DNA from: Thermodesulfobacteriota bacterium
Lineage (GTDB): Bacteria; Desulfobacterota_D; UBA1144; Nemesobacterales; JAJCZQ01
Assembly (NCBI GenBank): GCA_965215275.1
Contig: OZ244044.1
Span: forward strand, 1,600,001-1,664,000
Direction of reading: 5' to 3'
DNA: 64,000 nucleotides
The position numbers and the translations under genes were made by a program. Below are positions 1 through 10,510 of the stretch, in pieces; positions within the stretch are counted from its first letter, which is position 1; each line of letters begins with the position of its first letter. The notes beneath the pieces were generated by a model. The model was not told the origin of the DNA. It ran no database searches and saw nothing but the letters and a program-made list of their open reading frames with translations.

Positions 1-62
1 CTGATCTGTTCTTTCAGAGTACAGAGACGTTGCACCATTCTTTTTATCATTATATTTAACTC

Positions 63-938
63 TTGAATAGCATGAGAGAAGTTGGTGAAAAAGAATTTTT
101 TTGCCAAGGCATAAAACATTTTTTGCCAGGGCATAGAAAACTAGTTCTTTTAGCTCTTTTTTTGAGTCTTTTCATCTCTTCCTGTGCAAAGGTACCGATT
201 ACCGGGCGCAGCCAGCTCCTGCTTGTATCACAGGAATATGAGCAAAAGCTGGGACTGGTTGCTTTTCAGGAAGTGGTCCGAAATGAAAAGATATCATACG
301 ACCCGGTTTATAATGCCGCGGTTGGTCGCGTGGTCAGCAGGATCGCCGGAGTTTCCAACCGTCCTGATTTTAACTGGGAATATACGGTCTTTGATGATGA
401 CAACAATATAAACGCCTTTGCCCTGCCGGGTGGTATAGTAGGGATCTATACCGGTATTTTAAAGATAGCTGAAACCGAAGCAGGACTTGCCACCATTGTA
501 AGCCATGAAGTCGCTCATGCAGTTGCAAGACACGGTGGAGAAAGATTCTCACGAGGACTCATTTTTCAGACACTCGCAGTGGGACTGGATGTCCTGCTTC
601 AAGGTCTGGAAGTTAATTCAAATCTGACTTATGGTATAATGCAGGCGTATGGGATCGGTGTTGGTGTTGGGGTAGTTCTGCCTTTTAACAGGAAGCAGGA
701 ATCTGAAGCGGATAGAATAGGGCTGGTATACATGGCACGTGCGGGATATGACCCAAGAGAAGCCATAAATTTCTGGCAAAAAATGGCAGAGTTTGAAGGA
801 CACGACAAAGCTCCGGAGTTCTTCTTAACTCATCCTCATGCTGAAACGAGGGTCATTAACCTCCAAAAATATCTTCCTGAAGCACTTGAGATATATGAAA
901 GATCCGATAAAGCTCCCAACTATCGGATTACGAAGTAG
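63..938 (+). CDS. M48 family metallopeptidase, predicted lipoprotein
   Basis: NAFALPGG, HEVAH zinc motif, E-x-EAD, FLTHP; lipobox ISSC. Start may be ATG 72. Confidence 0.9.
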   Translation: MNSMREVGEKEFFCQGIKHFLPGHRKLVLLALFLSLFISSCAKVPITGRSQLLLVSQEYEQKLGLVAFQEVVRNEKISYDPVYNAAVGRVVSRIAGVSNRPDFNWEYTVFDDDNNINAFALPGGIVGIYTGILKIAETEAGLATIVSHEVAHAVARHGGERFSRGLIFQTLAVGLDVLLQGLEVNSNLTYGIMQAYGIGVGVGVVLPFNRKQESEADRIGLVYMARAGYDPREAINFWQKMAEFEGHDKAPEFFLTHPHAETRVINLQKYLPEALEIYERSDKAPNYRITK

Positions 939-1073
939 CATTCTTTTCAGCAAGTTCCATAGGGCAAGAGGCAAAATTATAAAAGGAGATCCTTTTATAA
1001 AAGAGGTTAATGATCAAAGGGAGTTATTGGATTTTTCTCGGCTTTCCTGTATAGTGCCCTTTTTGCGAATAGT

Positions 1074-1976
1074 ATGAGAAAAATTGTTAGAAAAGAGGTT
1101 TTCTGCCAAGGCATAAAACCGACTGTTTTAGCTCTTTTTTTGAGTTTTTTCATCTCTTCCTGTGTAAAGGTACCAATATCCGCACCCAGACATGAAGACA
1201 ATGAAAAAACGATGGAGAAAGATGAGAAACGGCAAACTTCATCAACATCCACACCCGAGCGTGAATACAATAAAAAACCGGCTGAACCCAATGCCGGGCA
1301 CAGCCAGAACCAGACTGCATCACGGGAAGTTGCTTTTCAGGAAGCAGTTGACCACGTGATCAACAGGGTCGTCAGAGTTTCCAACCGTCCTGATTTTGAC
1401 TGGAAATATGAGGTCATTGATGATGACCATCAGATAAACGCCTTTGCCTTGCCAAGTGGTACAATAGGGATCTATACAGGTATTTTACATATAGCTGAAA
1501 CCGAAGCGGAACTTGCCGTCATTTTAGGCCATGAAGTCGCTCATGTGGTTGCAGGACACGGTGAGAAAAGAGTATCATCACGGGAACGCTCTGATTACCT
1601 ATGTGGAGGAGGGGTACTGGGTGTCATTAGAAGAAGAGGTCTGAGCGTTAGATCAATTGTAGTTTCCGGTATAATGTTAGCAGCGTGTAAGTTCGGAGTT
1701 GATGTTGGACTTGTCAAGCCTTTCAGCAGAAAACAGGAAGCTGAAGCAGATAGAATGGGGCTGGCATACATGGCACGTGCGGGATATGACCCAAGAGAAG
1801 CCATAAATGTCTGGCAAAAAATGGCAGAGTTTGAAAGACGTGACAAAGCTCCGGAGTTTTTATTAACTCATCCTCATGCTGAAACGAGGATCATGAACCT
1901 CCAGAAATATCTTCCTGAAGCACTTGAGATATATGAAAGATCTTATAAAGCTTCTAATTATCGGATCACGAAGTAG
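1074..1976 (+). CDS. M48 family metallopeptidase, tandem paralog of 63..938
   Basis: HEVAH, NAFALP and lipobox ISSC; C-terminal third nearly identical in DNA to the upstream gene; polar linker after the lipobox. Confidence 0.88.
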   Translation: MRKIVRKEVFCQGIKPTVLALFLSFFISSCVKVPISAPRHEDNEKTMEKDEKRQTSSTSTPEREYNKKPAEPNAGHSQNQTASREVAFQEAVDHVINRVVRVSNRPDFDWKYEVIDDDHQINAFALPSGTIGIYTGILHIAETEAELAVILGHEVAHVVAGHGEKRVSSRERSDYLCGGGVLGVIRRRGLSVRSIVVSGIMLAACKFGVDVGLVKPFSRKQEAEADRMGLAYMARAGYDPREAINVWQKMAEFERRDKAPEFLLTHPHAETRIMNLQKYLPEALEIYERSYKASNYRITK

Positions 1977-2168
1977 CATTCTGTTCAGCAAATTCTGTTA
2001 TGACACTGGGTAAAGGGTAAAAATTACAGAAGGAAAAATATTATCCTCTTCCTGCCAGAGAATGCACATCGGGAAATGGAAATAAAGAACGGCTCCCCGG
2101 CCCTTCAAAGGTCTGTAAAGACGTCATTTATCAGAAGGACCTGGTCGATTTAGGCATATAGGTTTTTA

Positions 2169-2207
2169 TTAACTATAAATTCATTGTTTATTAATGTTAT
2201 TTTAACA
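2169..2207 (+). promoter_or_regulatory. Putative Pho box upstream of pstS
   Basis: Four hexamers at exact 11-bp period: TTAACT 2169, TTCATT 2180, TTAATG 2191, TTAACA 2202. Confidence 0.55.
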
Positions 2208-2255
2208 AGTTCCTTTGACAATATATACCTAATTTGTTAAAGGAGGTTTTAAGCG

Positions 2256-3221
2256 ATGAGAATTTTTCTTACGCTCTTGGTATTTTCTTTATTTTTAAGT
2301 TTAAACGACGGTTTTGCTCAAACTGTTAAAGTTGATCCTTCATTGCCAACCTATAAGAAAGTAAGTGGTGTTTCTGGTAACATTAACAGTGTAGGGTCGG
2401 ACACTATGAATAATCTGATGACGCTTTGGTGTGAAGGATTTAACAGGTATTATCCAAACGTAAGGTGTCAGATAGAAGGTAAGGGGTCAAGTACCGCTCC
2501 ACCTTCTTTAATTGAAGGGACTTCCCAGTTTGGCCCGATGTCAAGGGCGATGAAGGGAAAAGAGACCGATGCTTTTGAAAAGGCCAAAGGTTACAAGCCT
2601 ACTTCCATACCGACCTCGATCGATACGCTGGCAGTTTACGTCAACAAGGATAATCCGATAAACTGTCTTACCGTTAAGCAGGTGGATGCTATATTCTCCA
2701 AAACGAGAAATTGCGGTCGTGCCAGGGATATAAGCGTCTGGGACAAGTTGGTCATTGACTATAACTGGAGGAATAAACCGATCAGTATATATGGCAGGAA
2801 CTCTGCTTCTGGTACATATGGTTATTTCAAGAAGAAAGCTCTTTGCAAAGGTGACTACAAAGACACTGTAAAAGAGCAACCTGGTTCCGCTTCGGTCGTG
2901 CAAGGTATAACAGAAGACCTTGCCGGAATTGGGTATAGTGGTATAGGTTACAAGACTTCTGGTGTAAAAGCGGTTCAACTTGCCAAGAGGGTTGGACGGT
3001 GTGCGGCGCCCAGTCTTGAAAACGTTGTCAGTGGCAGGTATCCACTTGGAAGATATCTATATCTTTACGTTAATAAACAGCCAAACAAGAGCCTTGACCC
3101 TTTAAGGAAGGAGTTTTTGTTTTACGTGCTGAGCAAGGAAGGTCAGCGGATCGTTGTTAAAGACGGTTATCTGCCTCTTCCAGCCGGCAAGGTGGCTGAA
3201 CTTAGAGCCAAGATCAACTGA
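2256..3221 (+). CDS. pstS: Phosphate ABC transporter substrate-binding protein
   Basis: Signal peptide; GSDTM, GKGSSTA and GRNSASGT motifs; first gene of pst operon. Confidence 0.95.
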   Translation: MRIFLTLLVFSLFLSLNDGFAQTVKVDPSLPTYKKVSGVSGNINSVGSDTMNNLMTLWCEGFNRYYPNVRCQIEGKGSSTAPPSLIEGTSQFGPMSRAMKGKETDAFEKAKGYKPTSIPTSIDTLAVYVNKDNPINCLTVKQVDAIFSKTRNCGRARDISVWDKLVIDYNWRNKPISIYGRNSASGTYGYFKKKALCKGDYKDTVKEQPGSASVVQGITEDLAGIGYSGIGYKTSGVKAVQLAKRVGRCAAPSLENVVSGRYPLGRYLYLYVNKQPNKSLDPLRKEFLFYVLSKEGQRIVVKDGYLPLPAGKVAELRAKIN

Positions 3222-3272
3222 TGAGAAATCCCTTGATGGTTTTAGATTTGAATCTATAATTGACTGTATCAG

Positions 3273-3306
3273 GCACTTCGGAAGCTGTAACTTCCGAAGT
3301 GCTTTT
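3273..3306 (+). terminator. Stem-loop/intrinsic terminator between pstS and pstC
   Basis: GCACTTCGGAAG-ctgtaa-CTTCCGAAGTGC, perfect 12-bp stem followed by a T run. Confidence 0.8.
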
Positions 3307-3345
3307 TAATATCCGTTATGAAAGAGGTAAAACCAGGCCGGTCCA

Positions 3346-5622
3346 GTGAATAAGTTAGAAGACAGTTCTCAAAAAGAAAAAGCAATAAACAGGAGAAAGA
3401 TCTATGACAGATTGTCCTCCCTGGTCGTTACGTCGGGAGGTATTACGATAATCCTGTCTATAATCGCCATGTTGCTGTTTATAGGGATCGAGATAGTTCC
3501 GCTTTGGCAAAAACCTCAAACGTCCCTTATAAATAACTTTTCTGTCACGGACCCTTTGTCTGGTGCAGCCGGCAAAGATGAGATCCTGCTGGTTGGAACG
3601 GAAGAGTACCGAGAGATCGCTTTTCTGCTTGATAAGAACGGGATTGCAAGTTTCATCCGTCTGGACGATGGGTCTGTAATTAGCGAAGAAGACATTATGA
3701 CCGGCGAAATCGGCAAGGTGTCTTCCGTATATGTTATGGAGATGAACAGATCCTATGCGGTCGCTACCGATAAAGGATGGATACTGCCTTTTCAGATCAA
3801 ATACGGCGTTACTTATGATGATGAGAATTTAAGAAAAATAACCCCTCGTATAGTTAAGTTCGATCCGGTCAACGTGGCTGACGGTAAAGTGAAGAAGTTC
3901 GCCTTCCAGAAAGAGGATTTTGAAGATCCTGACGGTTCCTATGTGGCTGCTTTTCTCACTGATGCGAACCAGTTCGGAATTCAGAGCGTTGAAGTATCGG
4001 AGGATGATTTTTTCGGCCCTTCTGCGCCCGTGGAAAGCACAGCAGATTTATCAGATAGAACAGATACAAGCCGTATAATGGAGATAGAAATTGATTCTTT
4101 TTTGCACAATCTGTACGTGGGGACGTCAGATGGACGGATACTGCACTGGAGCATCAAAGATAAATCCTCTCCTGTTCTGATGGAAAAAATAACTGCCACG
4201 AGCAGTTCTGATATCGGTGTTTCCTCACTTGGTTTTCTGATCGGGAACAAGTCCGTTGTCGTTGGCAGCACGGACGGCGATCTAAGTGTATGGTTCCCTG
4301 TAAAGAACGAAGAAGGTGAAGGGGTACTGACCAGGGTACACGTCTTGCCAGGAATGAATGGAAGCATCTCGGGGTTTTCCAAATCCATAAGGGACAGGGG
4401 TTTTATAGTAAGTGACACGACGGGGAACGTGGGAGTTTATCATGCAACCTCAAATACTCTTTATGCCAGTTTGAAAGGTGATAATAAGAACTATGTCTCC
4501 ATCTCATTTGCACCGAGGGCGGACGGTATAGTCGCCGTGGACGTTGAAGGAAGGGTAAAGCACTGGCTCGTTGATAACCCGCACCCGGAGACCAACCTGA
4601 GAACGCTTTTTGGAAAAGTGTGGTACGAGGGCTACTCGGAGCCTGCATACGTCTGGCAGTCTACCGGGGGAACCGATGAATTCGAGACAAAACTGAGCCT
4701 TACGCCGTTAATTTACGGAACGTTAAAAGGTGCGTTCTATGCACTTTTATTTGCCATACCGCTTGCCGTTCTCAGTGCGATCTGCGTGTCTCAGTTCATG
4801 CATCCGAGCCATAGAAATGTCATCAAACCTATTATAGAGATCATGGCTGCACTTCCAAGCGTGGTACTTGGTTTTTTTGCCGGACTTTGGATGGCTCCAA
4901 AGATCGAGAAGATATTTCCTGCTGTTATGGCAATGTTCGTGGTCATTCCGGTCTTTGCGATCATATCCGTTTATTTATGGAACAAACTGCCCGTCAGGTT
5001 TACAAAGAGCTTCAGGGTTGGCACGGAACTGTTCCTTCTGATCCCCGTAATAATTGCGGCTGTGCTTTTATGCCTTGAGTTTAATTCAACTCTGGAAAAT
5101 GCCGTTTTTGCCGGTGATTACAAAGCATGGTTTTACAGTGTTATGGGACTTCAATACGATCAGCGCAACTCTCTTGTGGTCGGGTTTGCCATGGGCTTTG
5201 CCGTTATTCCTATCATTTTTACGATTTCGGAGGATGCACTTTCAAGCGTGCCTAAGATCCTGACTTCTGGTTCTCTTGCACTGGGTGCCAGCAGATGGCA
5301 GACGGCGACCAGGATCGTGCTGCCTTCTGCAAGTCCCGGGATTTTTTCTGCCGTTATGATAGGGCTTGGAAGAGCCGTTGGTGAGACGATGATCGTACTT
5401 ATGGCCACGGGTAACACTCCTGTGATGGACTGGAGTTTCTTTAATGGGTTCAGGGCCCTTTCTGCAAATATTGCCGTTGAACTTCCCGAGGCTCCTCATG
5501 GAGGCACGCTTTACAGGGTACTTTTTCTTGCTGCAATGCTTTTATTCCTGTTTACGTTCGTTGTGAATACTCTTGCTGAAATTATAAGACAGAGGTTGAG
5601 AAAAAAATACGGGCAGTTGTGA
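3346..5622 (+). CDS. pstC: Phosphate ABC transporter permease PstC, long form with periplasmic beta-propeller-like domain
   Basis: C-terminal permease with LGASRWQT and GRAVGETM motifs; operon context. Confidence 0.92.
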   Translation: MNKLEDSSQKEKAINRRKIYDRLSSLVVTSGGITIILSIIAMLLFIGIEIVPLWQKPQTSLINNFSVTDPLSGAAGKDEILLVGTEEYREIAFLLDKNGIASFIRLDDGSVISEEDIMTGEIGKVSSVYVMEMNRSYAVATDKGWILPFQIKYGVTYDDENLRKITPRIVKFDPVNVADGKVKKFAFQKEDFEDPDGSYVAAFLTDANQFGIQSVEVSEDDFFGPSAPVESTADLSDRTDTSRIMEIEIDSFLHNLYVGTSDGRILHWSIKDKSSPVLMEKITATSSSDIGVSSLGFLIGNKSVVVGSTDGDLSVWFPVKNEEGEGVLTRVHVLPGMNGSISGFSKSIRDRGFIVSDTTGNVGVYHATSNTLYASLKGDNKNYVSISFAPRADGIVAVDVEGRVKHWLVDNPHPETNLRTLFGKVWYEGYSEPAYVWQSTGGTDEFETKLSLTPLIYGTLKGAFYALLFAIPLAVLSAICVSQFMHPSHRNVIKPIIEIMAALPSVVLGFFAGLWMAPKIEKIFPAVMAMFVVIPVFAIISVYLWNKLPVRFTKSFRVGTELFLLIPVIIAAVLLCLEFNSTLENAVFAGDYKAWFYSVMGLQYDQRNSLVVGFAMGFAVIPIIFTISEDALSSVPKILTSGSLALGASRWQTATRIVLPSASPGIFSAVMIGLGRAVGETMIVLMATGNTPVMDWSFFNGFRALSANIAVELPEAPHGGTLYRVLFLAAMLLFLFTFVVNTLAEIIRQRLRKKYGQL

Positions 5623-7253
5623 TCCGGTCGTTAATAATGAAAAAAATGTTTAAAAACGGAGATGTTCTTATATGGATGACCGGTGTGTCACTTATATGCA
5701 GCCTTCTTATGATAATCGGGCTGATCTTCCTGATCGCGACAAAGGGACTTGGTTTTTTCTGGCCCCATAACGTGGTAGAGCTCAGAATGAAAGATGATCG
5801 TGTGTATCTCGGTCAGCTTGCAGGAGAGGAGGTCATTCCTCAGCGGAGGGACACGGACGTAAAAGAGTACAGGACCAGGCTCAAGATCGGCAATAGGGAT
5901 ATTTACGGACTGGACTTTACATGGGTTAACAACAAAATGGCAGAAAAAAAGTCCCTTCCAAAGGATGCTGTAGTGCTCGAGAGGCGTGAGTGGGGTAATT
6001 TCTACGGTTTTTTAAAGGCGATAGAAATAGACGGCAGAACTATAGACGGAGGAGACAGGGAAGCTTTTTCGTCTTTACAGGGATTGATCTCCCGTGCGAG
6101 AAAGATCAGCGCGGAGATCACCGAGATCGAGAAAGGTGAGATCGGAGATATAAACTACAATATAGAAAAACTGAGGCTGAAAATAAGGCGCATAGAGCTT
6201 TCAGGGGAAGAGGACCTTTCGGCGATCGCCGAATTAAAAAATAAAATAAAAGCGGAAGAAGCGAAATATATAGAGAGAGAAGAGGAACTTGATCAGCTCT
6301 ATGGTCAGCTGGTAGCGGACAGCGTCGTTGTGAGATCGGTTGAAGGAACGGAAAAGCATCTTCACGCCGGACTGATCGTCAGGGCTTTTAAGCCAAACTC
6401 AATGGGATTTTTTGCCAAACTCAGACACTACGTTTCCAAGCTCTGGGAGTTCGTTGCTGATAATCCAAGAGAAGCCAATACAGAGGGGGGAGTGTTCCCG
6501 GCGATCTTTGGAACTGTTCTTATGGTGCTTATAATGAGCATAGTCGTAATGCCGCTTGGGGTGCTTGCAGCTTTATACCTTAGAGAGTATGCAAAGCAGG
6601 GCTGGATGGTGCGTATAGTAAGAATATGCGTTAATAACCTGGCGGGAGTTCCTTCGATCGTGTTCGGTGTTTTTGGAGTGGGTTTCTTTCTGTATAGCGT
6701 CGGAGGAACGATAGATACCTTGTTCTACAGCGAATCACTTCCCAACCCGACGTTCGGAACGGGCGGGATACTGTGGGCTTCGTTAACTCTGGCACTGTTA
6801 ACCGTACCCGTTGTCATCGTTGCCACTGAGGAAGGACTTGCCGCCGTACCCAGGAACATAAAAGAGGGTTCTCTGGCGCTTGGTGCCACAAAGTTTGAGA
6901 CCGTCTGTAAGGTTATTATTCCAAGTGCGCTGCCTGCCATATTAACCGGTCTGATACTTGCTATTGCCAGGGCGACGGGTGAAGTTGCACCCCTTATGAT
7001 CACAGGGGTTGTGAAACTGGCTCCCGATCTTCCAATAGATGGTTATTTTCCGTTTATCCATCTTGAAAGAAAATTTATGCATCTTGGCTTTCATATATAT
7101 GACGTTGGTTTTCAGTCGCCTAACGTGGAGGCTGCAAAACCAATGGTTTACACGACGGCGTTCTTACTGATACTGATAGTGGTTATTTTAAACCTGACTG
7201 CTATAATCATAAGAAACAGATTAAAGAAAAAATATATGTCATCGGCAGTATGA
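5619..7253 (+). CDS. pstA: Phosphate ABC transporter permease PstA, long form
   Basis: LAGVPSIVFG, EGSLALGATK and ARATGEVAPL motifs. Confidence 0.93.
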   Translation: MIRSLIMKKMFKNGDVLIWMTGVSLICSLLMIIGLIFLIATKGLGFFWPHNVVELRMKDDRVYLGQLAGEEVIPQRRDTDVKEYRTRLKIGNRDIYGLDFTWVNNKMAEKKSLPKDAVVLERREWGNFYGFLKAIEIDGRTIDGGDREAFSSLQGLISRARKISAEITEIEKGEIGDINYNIEKLRLKIRRIELSGEEDLSAIAELKNKIKAEEAKYIEREEELDQLYGQLVADSVVVRSVEGTEKHLHAGLIVRAFKPNSMGFFAKLRHYVSKLWEFVADNPREANTEGGVFPAIFGTVLMVLIMSIVVMPLGVLAALYLREYAKQGWMVRIVRICVNNLAGVPSIVFGVFGVGFFLYSVGGTIDTLFYSESLPNPTFGTGGILWASLTLALLTVPVVIVATEEGLAAVPRNIKEGSLALGATKFETVCKVIIPSALPAILTGLILAIARATGEVAPLMITGVVKLAPDLPIDGYFPFIHLERKFMHLGFHIYDVGFQSPNVEAAKPMVYTTAFLLILIVVILNLTAIIIRNRLKKKYMSSAV

Positions 7254-7283
7254 TCTAATTCTGTTTTTAAGGAGATCTGTAAA

Positions 7284-8147
7284 TTGCAAACAGCAAATTT
7301 TGAGCAGATAAACGAAACCGTGGATAAAGTAAATAAACAAACAGAGCTTCCCAACGAGATAAAAAGCGACCCTTCGGTGATCCGTGAGGTTCATGACCCC
7401 GTTGTTGAGGTGCAGAACCTGCACTTAAGCTACGGTTCCCAGGAAGCACTGACCGATATCTGTGTTTCCATACCGAAAAATAAAGCCACGGCCTTTATTG
7501 GTCCCTCAGGGTGTGGAAAGTCAACTCTTCTCAGATGTTTTAACAGATTGAACGACCTTATAGATGATTGTCACATCAGAGGTGAGATCAGGATCAACGG
7601 AGAGAATATATACACGTCGACCATTGACATTACGGATCTCAGAAAAAGGGTCGGGATGGTCTTTCAGAAATCCAATCCATTCCCGAAGTCGATCTATGAG
7701 AACGTTGCGTATGGTGCACGAATAGCAGGTATAACAAAAAATGAAATTATAGATGAAATAGTGGAGAGGAGTCTCAAGGGTGCCGCCCTCTGGGATGAGG
7801 TGAAAGACAGATTGAACGATAGTGCTCTCGGAATATCAGGAGGACAGCAACAGAGGCTGTGTATAGCAAGAGCGATTGCGGTTGAACCTGAAGTCCTGCT
7901 GATGGATGAACCGTGTTCCGCTCTTGACCCGATCGCAACGGGCAAAATTGAAGATCTTGTAACTAAATTAAAAGAAAAATACACGATCGTTATAGTTACT
8001 CACAATATGCAGCAGGCTTCCCGGGTATCCGATTACACGGCTTTTATGTATTTAGGGGAGTTAATAGAGTACGATAAGACCGAGAATATATTTCTTAATC
8101 CTTCGGTAAAACAGACGGAAGATTACGTCTCTGGAAAATTTGGCTGA
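7284..8147 (+). CDS. pstB: Phosphate ABC transporter ATPase
   Basis: [31 protein letters not shown]; ends [10 protein letters not shown]. Confidence 0.96.
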   Translation: MQTANFEQINETVDKVNKQTELPNEIKSDPSVIREVHDPVVEVQNLHLSYGSQEALTDICVSIPKNKATAFIGPSGCGKSTLLRCFNRLNDLIDDCHIRGEIRINGENIYTSTIDITDLRKRVGMVFQKSNPFPKSIYENVAYGARIAGITKNEIIDEIVERSLKGAALWDEVKDRLNDSALGISGGQQQRLCIARAIAVEPEVLLMDEPCSALDPIATGKIEDLVTKLKEKYTIVIVTHNMQQASRVSDYTAFMYLGELIEYDKTENIFLNPSVKQTEDYVSGKFG

Positions 8148-8153
8148 TGACTG

Positions 8154-8558
8154 ATGAAGAAGGCAGTTTTGTTCCTGTGTACTCATAACTCTTCAAGATC
8201 ACAAATGGCCGAGGGGATTATGAACCATTACCTTGGTGAAAGGTACCAGGCTTTCAGTGCGGGGACCCGGCCGAAAGGGGTGAACAGGTTTGCGGTGGAG
8301 GCAATGACGGATATTGGAATAGATATAAGAGGTCATTACTCAAAGGACGTGGATGAGCTTAGAGACAGGGAATTCAGCTGTGTTGTCACCGTTTGTGACG
8401 GTGCTCGGGAAGTCTGTCCGGTCTTTGAAGGTACAAGCGTTATTCACAAGGGATTTGCGGACCCGACTTTACCGGCGGGAACGGATGAAGACAAACTGGC
8501 CTGTTTCAAAAATATAAGGGATCAGATAAAAGACTGGATATTAAGCAGTTTCAGTTGA
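8154..8558 (+). CDS. arsC: Arsenate reductase, thioredoxin-dependent LMW-PTP fold
   Basis: CTHNSSRSQMAE P-loop plus TVCD..CP resolving cysteines. Confidence 0.85.
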   Translation: MKKAVLFLCTHNSSRSQMAEGIMNHYLGERYQAFSAGTRPKGVNRFAVEAMTDIGIDIRGHYSKDVDELRDREFSCVVTVCDGAREVCPVFEGTSVIHKGFADPTLPAGTDEDKLACFKNIRDQIKDWILSSFS

Positions 8559-8580
8559 ATACGCAAAGAATAAAAGCACT

Positions 8581-9246
8581 ATGATCAGATTTGAAGAGGA
8601 ACTGATAGAACTGAACAAGATGATCTCCGAGATCGGTTCGGAAGTTGAGGACATGATAGCAAGAAGTATAAAGTCCCTGATCGATAAGAACATGATAATG
8701 GCACAGGAGGTCATAAACAACGATAAAAAGATCAACACCATGGAGATCGCCATAGATAATCAGGCTATTAAGGTCCTTGGGCTGTATCAGCCTGAGGCCA
8801 AGGACCTGAGGATCATTACAATGATCATGAAGATCAACAATGACCTGGAACGAATAGGTGATCATTCCGTGAGCATTGCAAAACTTTCTCTGTATCTTTC
8901 GGAACAGCCTGCTATCAAACCTTTGATAGATATACCAAGGATGGCGGATAAATCCATGGAAATGCTAAGAGATGCTCTGAACTGTTTTATAAACAGGGAC
9001 GCTGAAACTGCAGTTCTTGTGTGTAAGAAAGATGATGAGGTGGATAATCTGGAAACGCAGATAGTGAGAGAACTGATGACCTACATTATGTCCGACCCTA
9101 AGATCCTTGATAGAGCGTTCAGGTTGATATTTGTTGCCAGGCATCTGGAAAGAGTAGCGGACCTGGCTACCAATATAGCCGAGGGTGCCTATTACGTTGC
9201 AACGGGTAAGGTCCTTAAACATCATCACACCTCGGAGATGAACTGA
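8581..9246 (+). CDS. phoU: Phosphate signalling protein PhoU
   Basis: QPEAKDLR, DLERIGDH and LERVADLATNIAE repeats. Confidence 0.95.
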   Translation: MIRFEEELIELNKMISEIGSEVEDMIARSIKSLIDKNMIMAQEVINNDKKINTMEIAIDNQAIKVLGLYQPEAKDLRIITMIMKINNDLERIGDHSVSIAKLSLYLSEQPAIKPLIDIPRMADKSMEMLRDALNCFINRDAETAVLVCKKDDEVDNLETQIVRELMTYIMSDPKILDRAFRLIFVARHLERVADLATNIAEGAYYVATGKVLKHHHTSEMN

Positions 9247-9310
9247 CGGTTGTAGGTCATGCAGCTGGTATAGTTCATATGGTTATGAAAGCAGGACCAA
9301 CGAACAACGG

Positions 9311-10102
9311 TCACTCGCCTTCAAAGATCGGTTTTCTTCCTTCTTCAAATGCACTTCTGCCTTCTTTGTAGTCTTTACTGCTTTGTACTTTCTGGAACAG
9401 CTTTTTTATTAATTCCTCATCCTCTGGTGCAATGTTCTGATCTTTTTGCCAAACGTTGATCAGTTTCTTCATTGTGCTCAGAGAAAGCGGGGCGTTACGT
9501 GATATTCCAACTGCCAGGTCGTTTGTGAACTTCTCGATTTCATTTTTACTTATAACGTGGTTGACCAGTCCTGTTTTCTCGGCCCTTGCCGCGTTTATGG
9601 TATTTCCGGTCAGAAAGAGTTCCTTGGTATTAGCGATGCCGATCAGGTTCAGGAATTTTTTTGTTCCGGAATACGAATAAACCAGTCCCAGCTTTGCAGG
9701 TGGAATGCCCATTTTTGCCGTGTTAACGCACACCCGTATGTCGCAGGTGACGGCTAATTCAAGCCCGGCACCGAAGGTGTGACCATTCATCATTGCGATC
9801 ACCGGATACGGAAAGTCCTCTATTGCACCGAGACATTCCTCAAGTGGATGTCCTTTTCTGAATTCCCTCGTCATATCGTCGTCCCGTATCAATGTAATGT
9901 CGTAGCCGGAAGAAAAGATATTGTTTCCCATGCCCTTTATGATCGCACATCTTGTACCTTCGATAAGCTCCTTCTGTGTCAGTGCTTCTCTTATCTCGCT
10001 TAGCATAACGGGAGACAGGGCATTTCTCTTGTTCGGATTGTTAAGAGCGATGGTAATGACCGCTCCTGCTTTGGTGAAAGCTATTTCCTTGAAATCCATC
10101 AT
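9311..10102 (-). CDS. Enoyl-CoA hydratase/isomerase family protein
   Basis: NPNKRNAL, FSSGYDI, GAGLELAVTCDIR crotonase motifs. Confidence 0.9.
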   Translation of the reverse strand: MMDFKEIAFTKAGAVITIALNNPNKRNALSPVMLSEIREALTQKELIEGTRCAIIKGMGNNIFSSGYDITLIRDDDMTREFRKGHPLEECLGAIEDFPYPVIAMMNGHTFGAGLELAVTCDIRVCVNTAKMGIPPAKLGLVYSYSGTKKFLNLIGIANTKELFLTGNTINAARAEKTGLVNHVISKNEIEKFTNDLAVGISRNAPLSLSTMKKLINVWQKDQNIAPEDEELIKKLFQKVQSSKDYKEGRSAFEEGRKPIFEGE

Positions 10103-10313
10103 ACTCTGATACCTGAGGGTGTTAATAAAGAGAAACTGAAGTAACTAGCACAGGGAAATGACCGCGGGTCGTCAGCAGGTCTTCTTTACACGGTATATCT
10201 CTGCAGTTCCCGTTTGCCTTTCAATGTTTTCGTAATTTTGTTTCATAATTAAGATTTTGGAAATATATATTTAACTGTGCGAAAATAAAGTATAACCTTT
10301 GTATATTTATCAA

Positions 10314-10342
10314 TTGACATCACAGCAGAGCAGAAGTAAAAT
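10314..10342 (+). promoter_or_regulatory. Sigma70-type promoter of surface-protein locus 1
   Basis: TTGACA-17-TAAAAT, ATG at 10352; homologous to promoters at 49074 and 50314. Confidence 0.65.
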
Positions 10343-10388
10343 ATCAATGTTATGAAAATACCAAACATAAAAACGTGTAGTTCCATTA

Positions 10389-10397
10389 CCCCCCCCC
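10389..10397 (+). repeat. Poly-C tract (C9), first tract in the 5' region of the 1325-aa surface protein
   Basis: attaCCCCCCCCCgtg inside the short ORF from ATG 10352. Confidence 0.85.
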
Positions 10398-10458
10398 GTG
10401 TATACCTGAACTTTCAGTTATATATAAGTGTTTTGTAAGAACAATGTTTAAGATAATA

Positions 10459-10467
10459 CCCCCCCCC
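10459..10467 (+). repeat. Poly-C tract (C9), second tract, frameshifts the signal peptide
   Basis: ATG10444 ttt aag ata ata C9 atc taa; C8 or C11 would join PSKSLLTLVFILLIIMVIAAKG in the main frame. Confidence 0.85.
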
Positions 10468-10510
10468 ATCTAAGTCATTACTAACTTTAGTCTTTATTCT
10501 TCTGATTATT

